Shown piece after piece: positions 9,429-18,645 of a DNA stretch of 64,000 nucleotides. Each line of letters starts with the position of its first letter. Position 1 is the first letter of the stretch. The position numbers and the translations under genes are program-made. The notes below the pieces were generated by a model, which did not search any database, had not been told where the DNA came from, and saw only the letters and a program-made list of their open reading frames with translations. The stretch is from an uncultured Peptostreptococcaceae bacterium (GTDB taxonomy: Bacteria > Bacillota > Clostridia > Peptostreptococcales > Acidaminobacteraceae), in assembly GCA_964404895.1 (NCBI GenBank), contig CAYOLV010000003.1:252561-316560 (forward strand), written 5' to 3'.

Positions 9429-10061
9429 TTAAGCTTCATCTTCTTTGAGAAAATAGCTTAGGGTCAATAAGTTATCGATTAAATGAACATTTTCAACGAT
9501 AACTTCTTCTTCTACTCTTAAATCCACAGGCGCAAAATTCCAAATGGCTTTAACGCCGCTTGCAACTAATTTATCTGCAACTTCTTGAGCACCTGTACGA
9601 CTTGTACAGATATAACCGATATCAATTTGATGTTTTTCAGAAAAAGCTTTTAAATCGTCGATATCCATGACTTCGATGTCATTAATGCGAAGGCCTATCA
9701 ATTTAGGATTCACATCGAAAATACCTACTAAATTAAAGCCCCACTTACCAAAACTAGAATATTTGGCCAAAGCTTGACCTAGGTTTCCCGCCCCAACGAT
9801 CACCGTATTGTAGTTTTTTGTAAGTCCTAAAATTTTACCGATCTCTGTATAGAGGTCTTCAACCACGTATCCAAATCCCTGCTGCCCAAATCCGCCAAAA
9901 TTATTTAAGTCTTGTCGTATCTGAGATGCAGTAAAACCAATGATATCGCTAAGTTCTTTTGAAGAAATACGCTTAATGTCTTTCTCCATAAGTTCTCTTA
10001 AATATCGATGGTATTTAGGAAGCCGGCGAATGACCGCCATAGAAATTTTTTCATTAGCCAC
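9429..10061 (-). CDS. rex: redox-sensing transcriptional repressor Rex
   Basis: ISMAVIRRLPKYHRYL winged helix plus NAD(H) Rossmann motif VGAGNLGQAL. Start placed at GTG 10061 (GGGGTGA RBS), giving ~210 aa; the track start at 10106 adds 15 aa. Confidence 0.9.
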   Translation of the reverse strand: MANEKISMAVIRRLPKYHRYLRELMEKDIKRISSKELSDIIGFTASQIRQDLNNFGGFGQQGFGYVVEDLYTEIGKILGLTKNYNTVIVGAGNLGQALAKYSSFGKWGFNLVGIFDVNPKLIGLRINDIEVMDIDDLKAFSEKHQIDIGYICTSRTGAQEVADKLVASGVKAIWNFAPVDLRVEEEVIVENVHLIDNLLTLSYFLKEDEA

Positions 10062-10196
10062 ATTATCACCCCATCTATATTTAGTAAACCTCTTGAAATA
10101 CCCCATGTTACCCGCATGTTTACTGTTCAGATTATATCATTTGCTAATTTCCTCTGTCAATTGAAACCCCTACATTTCCCTTCAATTTTACCCATC

Positions 10197-10214
10197 TTGT
10201 TAATGGTTTAACCA
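10197..10214. promoter_or_regulatory. candidate Rex operator
   Basis: TTGTTAA-tggt-TTAACCA has one mismatch to the palindromic clostridial Rex box TTGTTAAnnnnTTAACAA (consensus from memory). Lies in the divergent rex / ABC-F intergenic region. Confidence 0.5.
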
Positions 10215-10307
10215 ACAACTCTCAGATGCATCGATTTTTTTTTTATGCTATGATAAAAAGTGATTCGAAAAAGGAACAAAAACGTAAGTTTGAAATGGGG
10301 AAAAATA

Positions 10308-12230
10308 GTGATTGCATTATCTGTAAATCAAGTGAGTAAAGCTTTTGGCATTACCAGCATACTGGAAAACATCAGCTTTACCGTCTCTCAAGGAGACAAA
10401 GTGGGGTTGATTGGGCGCAATGGCGCAGGTAAAACCACATTATTTAAAATCATCAAAGGTGAATACAGCGCTGACCAAGGCTCTATCTATATGGCTAAAG
10501 GCGCAGAGGTAGGCTATTTAGAACAGATTCCTCTTGCGGTTGAAGGAACGACTCTTTATGAGTACTGTTTGGAGATTTTCAGACCTCTTCTCAATATGGA
10601 ACTCCAGTTAAGAACCCTTGAACACGACATTGCAGACTTTAGCAAACATGGCTCAGAGCCTTCTAAAGAACTTCTGGATCAGTATTCACATTTACTAGAA
10701 GACTTTTCTCGTCATAATGGTTATGGGTTTAGGAGTGAAGTCAGAGGCGTTTTGAAAGGTCTTGGCTTTTCAGAAAATGAATTTGATCGGGGCATTGAAG
10801 GTTTGTCTGGGGGACAAAAATCAAGACTGGGCATTGGTCGTCTCTTGCTCAGAAAGCCCGAAATCCTTCTGTTAGACGAACCGACGAACCATTTGGACAT
10901 CGATGCCTGTGCATGGCTAGAAACTTATTTAAAAGCCTATGACGGCACGCTGATCATCATCTCCCATGACCGATACTTCCTCGATCAGATTATTACCCGA
11001 GTATTTGAAGTCGAACAGCGTCATTTGACCACCTATACTGGCAACTATTCGGATTATGTCCGCATAAAAGAGGTCAATTTTGAAACGGCTGTCCGCACTT
11101 ATGAACAACAACAAAAAGAGATTGAAAAACAAGAAGAAATCATTCGCAGATTTAAGGGACATGGCACAGAGAAGCTGACCAAACGAGCCAAGTCCAGAGA
11201 AAAAATGCTGGATAAAATGGAAGTCGTGGACAAACCTATGCTGTATACCAAGCGGGCAAAGATTCGCTTGAGCACCCGAATTAAAAGCGGCGAAGACGTT
11301 TTGTTCGCCGAAGACCTCGCAAAGGCTTATGGTGAAAAACAATTGTTCAACCATGTCAGTATCAGCGCTTTTAGAGGAGACCGAATCGGTTTAATTGGCC
11401 CCAATGGGATTGGAAAAACCACACTGTTTAAAATGTTGATGGGGACTGAACCTTATCAAGCAGGTCATATTCACTTAGGTCATCAGGTTGAAATAGGCAT
11501 GTATGACCAAGAACAATCTAACCTGAACTACGGCAATGACTTGGTGGAGGAAATATCAGATGAGGATCCTAGCCTCAGTGTCACTGAAATTAGAGGGATG
11601 CTAGGTGGTTTCTTGTTCCATAATGATGACGTCTTTAAAAAAATCAATCAGCTCAGCGGTGGTGAAAAAGGTCGTATTTCCCTCTTAAAGCTCATGATGT
11701 CTAAATCTAATTTATTGCTTTTAGATGAGCCGACCAACCATCTGGACATTGAGTCTAAAGAAGCTTTGGAAGATGCCTTATCGGGGTACGACGGCACCAT
11801 CATTACCATTTCCCATGACCGGTATTTTTTAAATAAAATATGCACAAAAATTTGGGATCTCGCCCCTGAAGGTGCTACCGAATACCTAGGCAATTATGAC
11901 TACTACCGAGAAAAAATCAGTTTCAACGCTTCTCTTGAAGAAGAACTTTCAGACGAACCCGCTAAAACGAAAACTCAAATGAAGGAAGATCGCAAGAAAG
12001 AAAAGGAACGCCAACAGGTTCAGCGCCAGAAAAAACAAGGACTAAGCTCTGTTGAAAAAGAAATAGAAAACCTAGAAACCGAAATATCCGATATTGAAGC
12101 TATGATGTGTGAAACCTCGGTTTACAGCGACCCCATCCTTATGAAAGAGCTCGGGGAGCAATTGGTTCATTTAAAAACTACTTTAGATGAGACTTATAGC
12201 GCATGGACACTCATGCTGGAAGCAGATTAA
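10308..12230 (+). CDS. ABC-F family ATPase (two ABC cassettes, no TM domain; YdiF/Uup-like)
   Basis: Two Walker A motifs (GRNGAGKTT, GPNGIGKTT), two signatures (LSGGQKSR, LSGGEKGR), an inter-domain linker, and a charged C-terminal coiled coil. Start tentatively GTG 10308 (VIALSVNQVSKAFG); the track ORF opens at 10260. Confidence 0.85.
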   Translation: MIALSVNQVSKAFGITSILENISFTVSQGDKVGLIGRNGAGKTTLFKIIKGEYSADQGSIYMAKGAEVGYLEQIPLAVEGTTLYEYCLEIFRPLLNMELQLRTLEHDIADFSKHGSEPSKELLDQYSHLLEDFSRHNGYGFRSEVRGVLKGLGFSENEFDRGIEGLSGGQKSRLGIGRLLLRKPEILLLDEPTNHLDIDACAWLETYLKAYDGTLIIISHDRYFLDQIITRVFEVEQRHLTTYTGNYSDYVRIKEVNFETAVRTYEQQQKEIEKQEEIIRRFKGHGTEKLTKRAKSREKMLDKMEVVDKPMLYTKRAKIRLSTRIKSGEDVLFAEDLAKAYGEKQLFNHVSISAFRGDRIGLIGPNGIGKTTLFKMLMGTEPYQAGHIHLGHQVEIGMYDQEQSNLNYGNDLVEEISDEDPSLSVTEIRGMLGGFLFHNDDVFKKINQLSGGEKGRISLLKLMMSKSNLLLLDEPTNHLDIESKEALEDALSGYDGTIITISHDRYFLNKICTKIWDLAPEGATEYLGNYDYYREKISFNASLEEELSDEPAKTKTQMKEDRKKEKERQQVQRQKKQGLSSVEKEIENLETEISDIEAMMCETSVYSDPILMKELGEQLVHLKTTLDETYSAWTLMLEAD

Positions 12231-12246
12231 TCTGACAAAAAAAGAA

Positions 12247-12274
12247 TAGACAAACCCATATTAACCGTTATAAT
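12247..12274 (+). promoter_or_regulatory. candidate sigmaA promoter for the ACP gene
   Basis: TAGACA (12247-12252), 16-nt spacer, TATAAT (12269-12274). GGAGG RBS precedes ATG 12325. Confidence 0.45.
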
Positions 12275-12324
12275 AATAATGTAATTCCGTAGTAGGGTTT
12301 GTATTTAAAGGAGGCATACTTTCA

Positions 12325-12555
12325 ATGTTTGAAACCATTAAAAGGATCATAGAAGAGCAACTTGGTATCACTGATCCAGAATTAATCACACTTAATACCA
12401 ACATTCACGACGACCTTGATGCCGATTCACTAGACGCAGTGGAAATCATCATGACAATCGAAGATGAATTTGATGTAGAAATTCCAGATGATATGGCTGA
12501 ACAATTGAAAACGATTTCTCAAATCGTTGACTATCTTGAAAAGGCTGTTAAATAG
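12325..12555 (+). CDS. acyl carrier protein (stand-alone, not in a fab cluster)
   Basis: 76 aa with the phosphopantetheine attachment motif DLDADSLDAVE. Confidence 0.85.
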   Translation: MFETIKRIIEEQLGITDPELITLNTNIHDDLDADSLDAVEIIMTIEDEFDVEIPDDMAEQLKTISQIVDYLEKAVK

Positions 12556-12642
12556 CATTCGGAACTGCAAAACCGTTAATCAGTGAATAAACGCAGCACA
12601 GCGTATGGTGCATAGCGTATTTTCAAATAACAAACATAACAA

Positions 12643-12687
12643 GCATAAAAAAGCATCTTCCAATTGTGGTAAGATGCTTTTTTATGC
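12643..12687 (+). terminator. rho-independent terminator after the ACP gene
   Basis: 17-bp perfect stem GCATAAAAAAGCATCTT / AAGATGCTTTTTTATGC with an 11-nt loop; the T-run lies within and after the 3' arm. Confidence 0.8.
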
Positions 12688-12728
12688 TCAAATATTCAAT
12701 CTAAAAACTTATAAACAAACTTGAAGTT

Positions 12729-12864
12729 TTATCCCCATTTTCGTCCACATTTCAAAAGCGGACTAGAAGCCATTCAGAGTGAGTTATCCACATTATCCAC
12801 AGAATACTCCACAATTGTGTGGACTTTTCTGAATTTAATCTTTATTCATACTTATGCATCCACA
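12729..12864 (+). promoter_or_regulatory. DnaA-box cluster in the convergent ACP / tsaD intergenic region
   Basis: Two abutting perfect TTATCCACA boxes (12784-12792, 12793-12801). Near-consensus boxes: TTATCCCCA (12729-12737), TCGTCCACA (12741-12749), TACTCCACA (12805-12813), GCATCCACA (12856-12864). Confidence 0.7.
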
Positions 12865-12872
12865 GGTGCATT

Positions 12873-13907
12873 TTACTTATGAGATTGATAAGATTGCCCT
12901 ATTTTCAAGTTCGGGACGGCATTTAAGTACTGATCTGCAAGAATTCCTGCTCGATAATTGTAATAACCCACGCAACCGATCATTGCCGCGTTATCTGTGC
13001 ATAACTTTAGCGAAGGTCTATAGAAAGAAATGCCTCTTTGATCTGCCAACTGCTGCATTTGGGCTCTCAAATAGCTGTTTGAAGCAACCCCTCCTGCCAA
13101 AGCAATCTTGTTTACACCCGTTAAATCGATCGCCATTGCCATTTTATCCACAAGGACTTCTACGACAGCTTCTTGAAAACTCGCCGCCACATCTTCTACC
13201 ACAATCTCAATATTCTTCATGCGACACCCGTTGATATAATTCAATACAGCTGATTTGATACCGCTGAAGCTGAAATCTAGGCTGTCTTTTTCAAGATAAG
13301 TTCTTGGAAAGTGTATTTTACTAGAGTCTCCCAGTGGAGCAAGTTTGTCGATCATTGGCCCACCTGGATAGCCTAACCCTAAAGTTCTAGCCACTTTGTC
13401 ATAGGCTTCTCCAGAAGCGTCGTCTCTGGTTTTTCCTAAGACTTCAAAGGTATGATAGTCTTTCACGTATACCAAATGGGTATGCCCACCAGAAACCACC
13501 AAGCAGAGCAGTGGCGGTTCCAATTCTGGATATTCAATAAAGTTGGCAAAGATATGCCCCTCTATATGATTCACTGGTACTAGGGGAATTCCAAGAGAAT
13601 AAGCCAAGGCTTTTGCAGTGGACATGCCTACTAGCAACGCCCCCACTAACCCTGGCCCATAGGTGGTGCTGATAAAGTCTAAATCACTAAAGCCATGGCC
13701 CGATTGGGCGATGGCTTCATCAATAATGCCACTGATTTTATCCACATGGTTCCGCGAGGCAATTTCAGGTACTACGCCGCCAAACTTTTCGTGAATTTCA
13801 ATCTGTGAGTATATGACGTTGGAGAGTACCTCTCTGCCATTTTTGACAATGGCAACAGAGGTCTCATCGCAACTGGTTTCAATTGCTAAGGTCAGTAAAT
13901 CTTTCAT
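12873..13907 (-). CDS. tsaD: tRNA N6-adenosine threonylcarbamoyltransferase TsaD (Gcp/Kae1 family)
   Basis: 344 aa with the metal-binding VNHIEGHIF motif and N-terminal [15 protein letters not shown]. Confidence 0.95.
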   Translation of the reverse strand: MKDLLTLAIETSCDETSVAIVKNGREVLSNVIYSQIEIHEKFGGVVPEIASRNHVDKISGIIDEAIAQSGHGFSDLDFISTTYGPGLVGALLVGMSTAKALAYSLGIPLVPVNHIEGHIFANFIEYPELEPPLLCLVVSGGHTHLVYVKDYHTFEVLGKTRDDASGEAYDKVARTLGLGYPGGPMIDKLAPLGDSSKIHFPRTYLEKDSLDFSFSGIKSAVLNYINGCRMKNIEIVVEDVAASFQEAVVEVLVDKMAMAIDLTGVNKIALAGGVASNSYLRAQMQQLADQRGISFYRPSLKLCTDNAAMIGCVGYYNYRAGILADQYLNAVPNLKIGQSYQSHK

Positions 13908-13958
13908 GTAGACTCCTTTATTAAGCTTCTCCGTCTACGCACTGACCCGTCTCAGAAC

Positions 13959-14660
13959 TTATAATCCTGAAGGCGCTCCCATCAATACGTTAATCCAAGA
14001 GAAGGCAATCATAACAATAAACGGTGCAAGGGCCATAACCGCTGCTTTCCAAGTAGAAACTTCATGGACTTTTTTCATGCCCATGACAGAAACAACTAAG
14101 TACCAAATTGTGAAAATGTTCAGTGTTGAGAGGGTTGTATATAAAGGTGTTCCAAATTTAGCAATCGGCAACAATAAGGCTGCAGAAAAACTAAATGCGC
14201 CATTTTGAGTTATCATAATGAATGGCAATGAAATGATGGTTCCTAACATTTGGATCAAGTAAGCATTAAGCACTAAAGAAACTGTACTCCCAAAGCTGCC
14301 TTTCCCTGAAAAGAGAATAGATAACAAATGAGAAATTGCACCTTTAAACATGGCTCCGAGAGGTGCCACGACGATGCCAATATACATTGCAGCTGTTGTA
14401 AAGCCGCTCATCATATCCTTGCTCGCAGCAGCTTGATCAGCAGAAACGCCTTGCGCTGCAAGAGCTATGTCCACTAATTGATCTTTAAAATCCTTCATTA
14501 AATAAGTGGCGACAAGGGTCACAACCCAAATAACAATCATTGGCACCAAAAAGTTTGGCTTTTCTTTAATTGACTCAAATGTACTTGTTGGAGCAATGAT
14601 GATGTTAAGTGCTCTTTGTAATCCACTTTGAGGGGTTTTTACTTCTGTACTTTGTTCCAT
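13959..14660 (-). CDS. Yip1-domain integral membrane protein
   Basis: 233 aa with about five predicted TM helices after a short polar N-terminus. Yip1/YknW-like architecture, called by eye. Confidence 0.55.
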   Translation of the reverse strand: MEQSTEVKTPQSGLQRALNIIIAPTSTFESIKEKPNFLVPMIVIWVVTLVATYLMKDFKDQLVDIALAAQGVSADQAAASKDMMSGFTTAAMYIGIVVAPLGAMFKGAISHLLSILFSGKGSFGSTVSLVLNAYLIQMLGTIISLPFIMITQNGAFSFSAALLLPIAKFGTPLYTTLSTLNIFTIWYLVVSVMGMKKVHEVSTWKAAVMALAPFIVMIAFSWINVLMGAPSGL

Positions 14661-14768
14661 TGATAATTCCTCCTACAATTTGTATTCACAAGATATTGTC
14701 TATTTTTTATCAGTATATTAAAAAAATATTAAAAAAATCTTGTTTATACGTTAAGGAATTCTTAACGA

Positions 14769-15458
14769 TCAAACCTCTTTTGTAGGATTTGAAACATCCG
14801 AAATAATTTCTCCATCTCTAAAAGTAATGATTCTATGGGTCTGATGCGCAATTTCAGGTTCGTGAGTCACGATAACAATGGTGACGCCTTCTTGATTGAG
14901 TTTCTTAAAAATATCCATAATTTCTAAGGTAGACGCACTGTCCAAATTTCCTGTGGGTTCATCTGCAAGCAAAATGGTAGGCTCATTGACTAACGCTCTA
15001 GCAATGGCTACACGCTGTTTCTGCCCTCCAGAAAGCTCGTTGGGTTTGTGGTGCATTCGGTCTTCAAGCCCCACTCGTTTTAGTGCGGATTTTGCCCTTA
15101 GAATTCTTTCATGTTTATGTTGTCTTGAATAGATCATAGGCAATTCTACATTGTGGAGGGCATTGAACCTCGGCAATAAGTTAAAGGATTGAAAAACAAA
15201 ACCAATTTTATGGTTTCTTACGTCTGCCAACTCTGCTTCTGTCATTTTAGCCGTGGAAATTCCGTCCAGAATGTAATCCCCTTCCGTAGGCTTGTCCAGA
15301 CAACCAATTATATTCATGAGCGTCGACTTTCCTGAACCCGACGTCCCGATGATAGAAACAAATTCCCCTGCTTCAATCGTGAAACTAATATTTTTAAGTG
15401 CCGTGACTTGAATCTTTCCAGTATCATAAATCTTTGAAATACCTTCAATACGGATCAT
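14769..15458 (-). CDS. ABC transporter ATP-binding protein, MacB/LolD/YknY-like subfamily
   Basis: Walker [11 protein letters not shown]-loop [10 protein letters not shown], signature [15 protein letters not shown], Walker [13 protein letters not shown]. Start set to ATG 15458 (GAGGTGAGGG RBS). No permease gene adjacent. Confidence 0.85.
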   Translation of the reverse strand: MIRIEGISKIYDTGKIQVTALKNISFTIEAGEFVSIIGTSGSGKSTLMNIIGCLDKPTEGDYILDGISTAKMTEAELADVRNHKIGFVFQSFNLLPRFNALHNVELPMIYSRQHKHERILRAKSALKRVGLEDRMHHKPNELSGGQKQRVAIARALVNEPTILLADEPTGNLDSASTLEIMDIFKKLNQEGVTIVIVTHEPEIAHQTHRIITFRDGEIISDVSNPTKEV

Positions 15459-15497
15459 GTCCCTCACCTCTTTATTAGACTTAGCCTCATACATCCA

Positions 15498-15950
15498 CTA
15501 AAGGAGTTCTACCCACATGATATTCGCGTCTTCTCCGTTGTCTTCATAATATGCCTTGCGGATTCCTGCAGATTTGAACCCCAACTTTTCGTACATTTGA
15601 ATGGCTTTCTTATTTGATACCCTAACTTCCAAGGTCAAACGACAAATATTCGCTTCCTTGGCCCATGCCATGACCAAATTCATCATAATTTTTCCAAGAC
15701 CCTGCCCTTGTCGGCTAGGCTCAATGCATAAATTAGTGATATGTCCTTCGTCCACGACTTTCCAAATACCACAATACCCGATGATAGCTTCCCCCAACAC
15801 CACCAGATGATAGGTTGCAAGTTGATTGGTGAGCTCCGCCTTAAATGCTTCTTTGCTCCAAGGATCTTCAAAACAAAGATTTTCCAGTTCATGTACTCGG
15901 TCAATATGTTCTGCAGTCATTTTAATCAATTTGATTTCGTTATTTTCCAT
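15498..15950 (-). CDS. rimI: ribosomal-protein-alanine N-acetyltransferase RimI
   Basis: GNAT motif A RQGQGLGKIM and the conserved position between tsaB and tsaD. Start taken as ATG 15950 (MENNEIKLIKM...), overlapping the tsaB stop. Confidence 0.8.
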   Translation of the reverse strand: MENNEIKLIKMTAEHIDRVHELENLCFEDPWSKEAFKAELTNQLATYHLVVLGEAIIGYCGIWKVVDEGHITNLCIEPSRQGQGLGKIMMNLVMAWAKEANICRLTLEVRVSNKKAIQMYEKLGFKSAGIRKAYYEDNGEDANIMWVELL

Positions 15951-16638
15951 GTTTTGCCTCATAGGTGGTTTCTGCTTCAGATTTTCTAAGATATTCCGTG
16001 GGTACAACATTGTAGCTCACAGCTTCTGCGGTCTTTGTCACTGCCATTTGTGCGACAGAACTGGCTCTTTGTCTGTTAAAAGCAATTGGGGCTAAGATCA
16101 ACTGATCGCCTAATTTTTCTTTAAAAATTTCTGCATATTTAGGAAGCCCATCTCCCACCAGCATTATTTTTTGATCCATTTTTGCCAACTCCTCTAGCCA
16201 CCCTAAAGGTTCTACCGCTTGATCGGCTTGAAGGGTTTTCATAACACCCTTTTCCCACTGATAAAGGGCAGTGTAAACTTCATTTTTGCGGGCGTCCATA
16301 ATTGGACAAATTAGCCCTTCAAAACCAACAAAAGGCTGGCATAGGGCTTCTAGAGAAGATACTGCTATGACTGGAATGTTGTGAGGCTGTGCCAATCCTT
16401 TGACTGTGGACACCCCAATTCTAACGCCAGTAAAAGAGCCTGGCCCTGAGGTGACTGCTAAATAGTCAAACTCACCAATTTTAATTTCCAGTGCATCCAA
16501 TAACATTTCCAACATAGGCATCAATTTCTGAGAATGGGTTTTAGGATGATTGATGGTAAACTCTCCGAGGAGGACTTCATCTGACAAAACTGCTACTGAG
16601 GCCACATGGGAGGTTGTTTCAAACGCTAATATCTTCAT
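15940..16638 (-). CDS. tsaB: tRNA threonylcarbamoyladenosine biosynthesis protein TsaB
   Basis: MKILAFETTSHVASVAVL N-terminus and GPGSFTGVRIG motif. Start ATG 16638 overlaps the tsaE stop (ATGA). Confidence 0.9.
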   Translation of the reverse strand: MKILAFETTSHVASVAVLSDEVLLGEFTINHPKTHSQKLMPMLEMLLDALEIKIGEFDYLAVTSGPGSFTGVRIGVSTVKGLAQPHNIPVIAVSSLEALCQPFVGFEGLICPIMDARKNEVYTALYQWEKGVMKTLQADQAVEPLGWLEELAKMDQKIMLVGDGLPKYAEIFKEKLGDQLILAPIAFNRQRASSVAQMAVTKTAEAVSYNVVPTEYLRKSEAETTYEAKHGK

Positions 16639-17147
16639 GACTTCATCTCCTTTAAAATGGCTTCCATACGAGAGGCAAAGTGTGATTCCCATTGAATGTG
16701 AATGACTCGTTCCTCTGGGTCTGTTGTTCCTAGGCGAAGGTCTAGCCAAAGAGACTCTTCGGGCATGAGATTAGGGATCAAATTCGCCCATTCCACCACA
16801 CAGGCCGCCTTTCCAAAAAAGTATTCTTCGTAGCCAATATCGTATAATTCTTCTTCATCGCTAATGCGGTATACATCGAAGTGATAAAGAGGAATTCTGC
16901 CTGTTGTGAGGTCTCCGTCATATTCATTGACAATGGTAAAAGTAGGGCTTGTGATATGTTCTTCTATACCCATTCCCTTGGCAATGGACTTGGTCAAGGT
17001 GGTTTTTCCTGCCCCTAAGTCTCCCGTTAAGCCCACAATATCTCCTGCTTTAAGGTTTTTCCCAAGCAGTTGTCCAAAGCGCTGCATCTGGGCTTCGTTC
17101 TCAATCATCAAGACTTGAGCAGGTTTTTCATCTATTTTTGTAGCCAT
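16635..17147 (-). CDS. tsaE: tRNA threonylcarbamoyladenosine biosynthesis ATPase TsaE
   Basis: Walker A GDLGAGKTT followed by SPTFTIVNEY and HFDVYR, as in the YjeE/TsaE family. Confidence 0.9.
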   Translation of the reverse strand: MATKIDEKPAQVLMIENEAQMQRFGQLLGKNLKAGDIVGLTGDLGAGKTTLTKSIAKGMGIEEHITSPTFTIVNEYDGDLTTGRIPLYHFDVYRISDEEELYDIGYEEYFFGKAACVVEWANLIPNLMPEESLWLDLRLGTTDPEERVIHIQWESHFASRMEAILKEMKS

Positions 17148-17219
17148 AGCATCACCTCAATGGTTTGTCTCTAGTTTGCTTTCATATATCTCATTAACCT
17201 TTTAATTATACACGAAACT

Positions 17220-17276
17220 AAAAAAAAGCTCAAATTGCCTTCTATAGGATTTTATACCCTATTGGCAATTTGAGCT
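17220..17276 (-). terminator. rho-independent terminator after the amidohydrolase gene
   Basis: 13-bp outer stem AGCTCAAATTGCC / GGCAATTTGAGCT plus inner pairing. On the minus strand it is followed by an 8-U tract (A-run 17220-17227). Confidence 0.8.
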
Positions 17277-17327
17277 TAGATTTTATTCAGATTGAGAAGC
17301 TATATGAAAATGCGCTCCGTTATCTCT

Positions 17328-18491
17328 TTACGCCTCGCGGCTGTAAACAATTTCTCCGTCTACAATGGTCATGAGGACGTCAGATGTGAGTTCAAATGGA
17401 TGTTTGCTCCAAACGACTACGTCCGCATCTTTGCCTTGAACCAAACTTCCTACGCGATCTGCGATTCCTGTGATTTCAGCAGGATTGATGGTAATCGCTT
17501 TAAGAGCTTCCATATCATCCAGACCTGCTTTTGCTGCAAGGGCTGCACAAAGGGACAAGTGCTGAAGTGGAATAACGGGTGAGTCCGTCATGATTGCAAT
17601 TTTTACGCCTGCTGCATGAAGGACTTTAGGTGTATCAAAGGTTTTATTTTTAAGCTCAAATTTGCTTCTGTCTCCAAAAGTTGGTCCTATAATAGCAGGA
17701 TAACCTTCTTTTGCAAGCTCTTCTGCAATTAAATGACCTTCTGTACAGTGTTCGAGGCTGAGCAAAACGTCAAACTCTTTCGCAATCCGAATAGCGCTGA
17801 AAATATCATCTGCACGGTGAGCATGAGCTTTGAGGGGAATTTCTTTTTTAAGGACTGGAATAAGGGCTTCCAGTTTCATATCATAAGCTGGCATTTTACT
17901 GAGGTCTTCACCTGCAGCTTCTTTTTTTGCTAAGTATTCCTTTGCAGCAAATAAAGTTTTTCTGAACTCTCCCACAATGCCTAAACGCGTCCCTGGGGAT
18001 TTTTTAGATTCTCCGTACACACGTTTTGGATTTTCACCAAAGGCACATTTCATGGCAAGTGGTGCTTTGATAATCATATCATCGATTCGATTGCCATGGG
18101 TTTTCACAGCCGCGAATTGGCCGCCAATAATGTTAGCACTTCCTGGTCCTGCGCAAGCTACAGTAACGCCGCCTTCAATGGCTTCTCTAAAATTGATGTC
18201 CATAGGGTTCATGGCATCTATCCCACGGAGATGCGGTGTGATTGGGTCTGTCATTTCGTTGCCGTCAGCCCCTTCAAAACCAATGCTGTCCTCCCATAAG
18301 CCTAGGTGACAATGGGCATCGATAAAGCCTGGCATAACCACTTTGTCCGTACAATCAATAATTTTTGCGTCTTTTGGCGCTTTAATGCTTTTTCCTACTT
18401 TTTTAATGACTTTTCCTTCTAAAAGGACGTCCATCACCGAAGGTTGAGCCTCTGTCATGGTGTACACTAAACCGTTTTTTAATAAAATCAT
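17328..18491 (-). CDS. metal-dependent amidohydrolase family protein
   Basis: 387 aa with the HxH motif (PGFIDAHCHLG) and a C-terminal GSLVQGKDADVVVW, typical of the amidohydrolase superfamily. Substrate unknown. Confidence 0.75.
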   Translation of the reverse strand: MILLKNGLVYTMTEAQPSVMDVLLEGKVIKKVGKSIKAPKDAKIIDCTDKVVMPGFIDAHCHLGLWEDSIGFEGADGNEMTDPITPHLRGIDAMNPMDINFREAIEGGVTVACAGPGSANIIGGQFAAVKTHGNRIDDMIIKAPLAMKCAFGENPKRVYGESKKSPGTRLGIVGEFRKTLFAAKEYLAKKEAAGEDLSKMPAYDMKLEALIPVLKKEIPLKAHAHRADDIFSAIRIAKEFDVLLSLEHCTEGHLIAEELAKEGYPAIIGPTFGDRSKFELKNKTFDTPKVLHAAGVKIAIMTDSPVIPLQHLSLCAALAAKAGLDDMEALKAITINPAEITGIADRVGSLVQGKDADVVVWSKHPFELTSDVLMTIVDGEIVYSREA

Positions 18492-18576
18492 CGCAAGCCC
18501 TCCTGACTAAATTTTTTACTCATTTACAGTTTAAATTTTTTTAACGTACAAATCAATCGTTTGCTATAATTTTTTT

Positions 18577-18604
18577 TTGCTACTTTATGTTTTCATGGTA
18601 TACT
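18577..18604 (+). promoter_or_regulatory. candidate sigmaA promoter for the GNAT gene at 18646
   Basis: TTGCTA (18577-18582), 16-nt spacer ending in TGG (extended -10-like), TATACT (18599-18604). Confidence 0.45.
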
Positions 18605-18645
18605 GACAGAAGTTATGACAATATTTAGGAGCAGGAGGTTATTAC

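Noticed and set aside
12854-13234. 126-aa plus-strand ORF
   Set aside because: It is antisense to the 3' end of tsaD and its translation has no recognisable fold. Its start lies in the DnaA-box region with no RBS.
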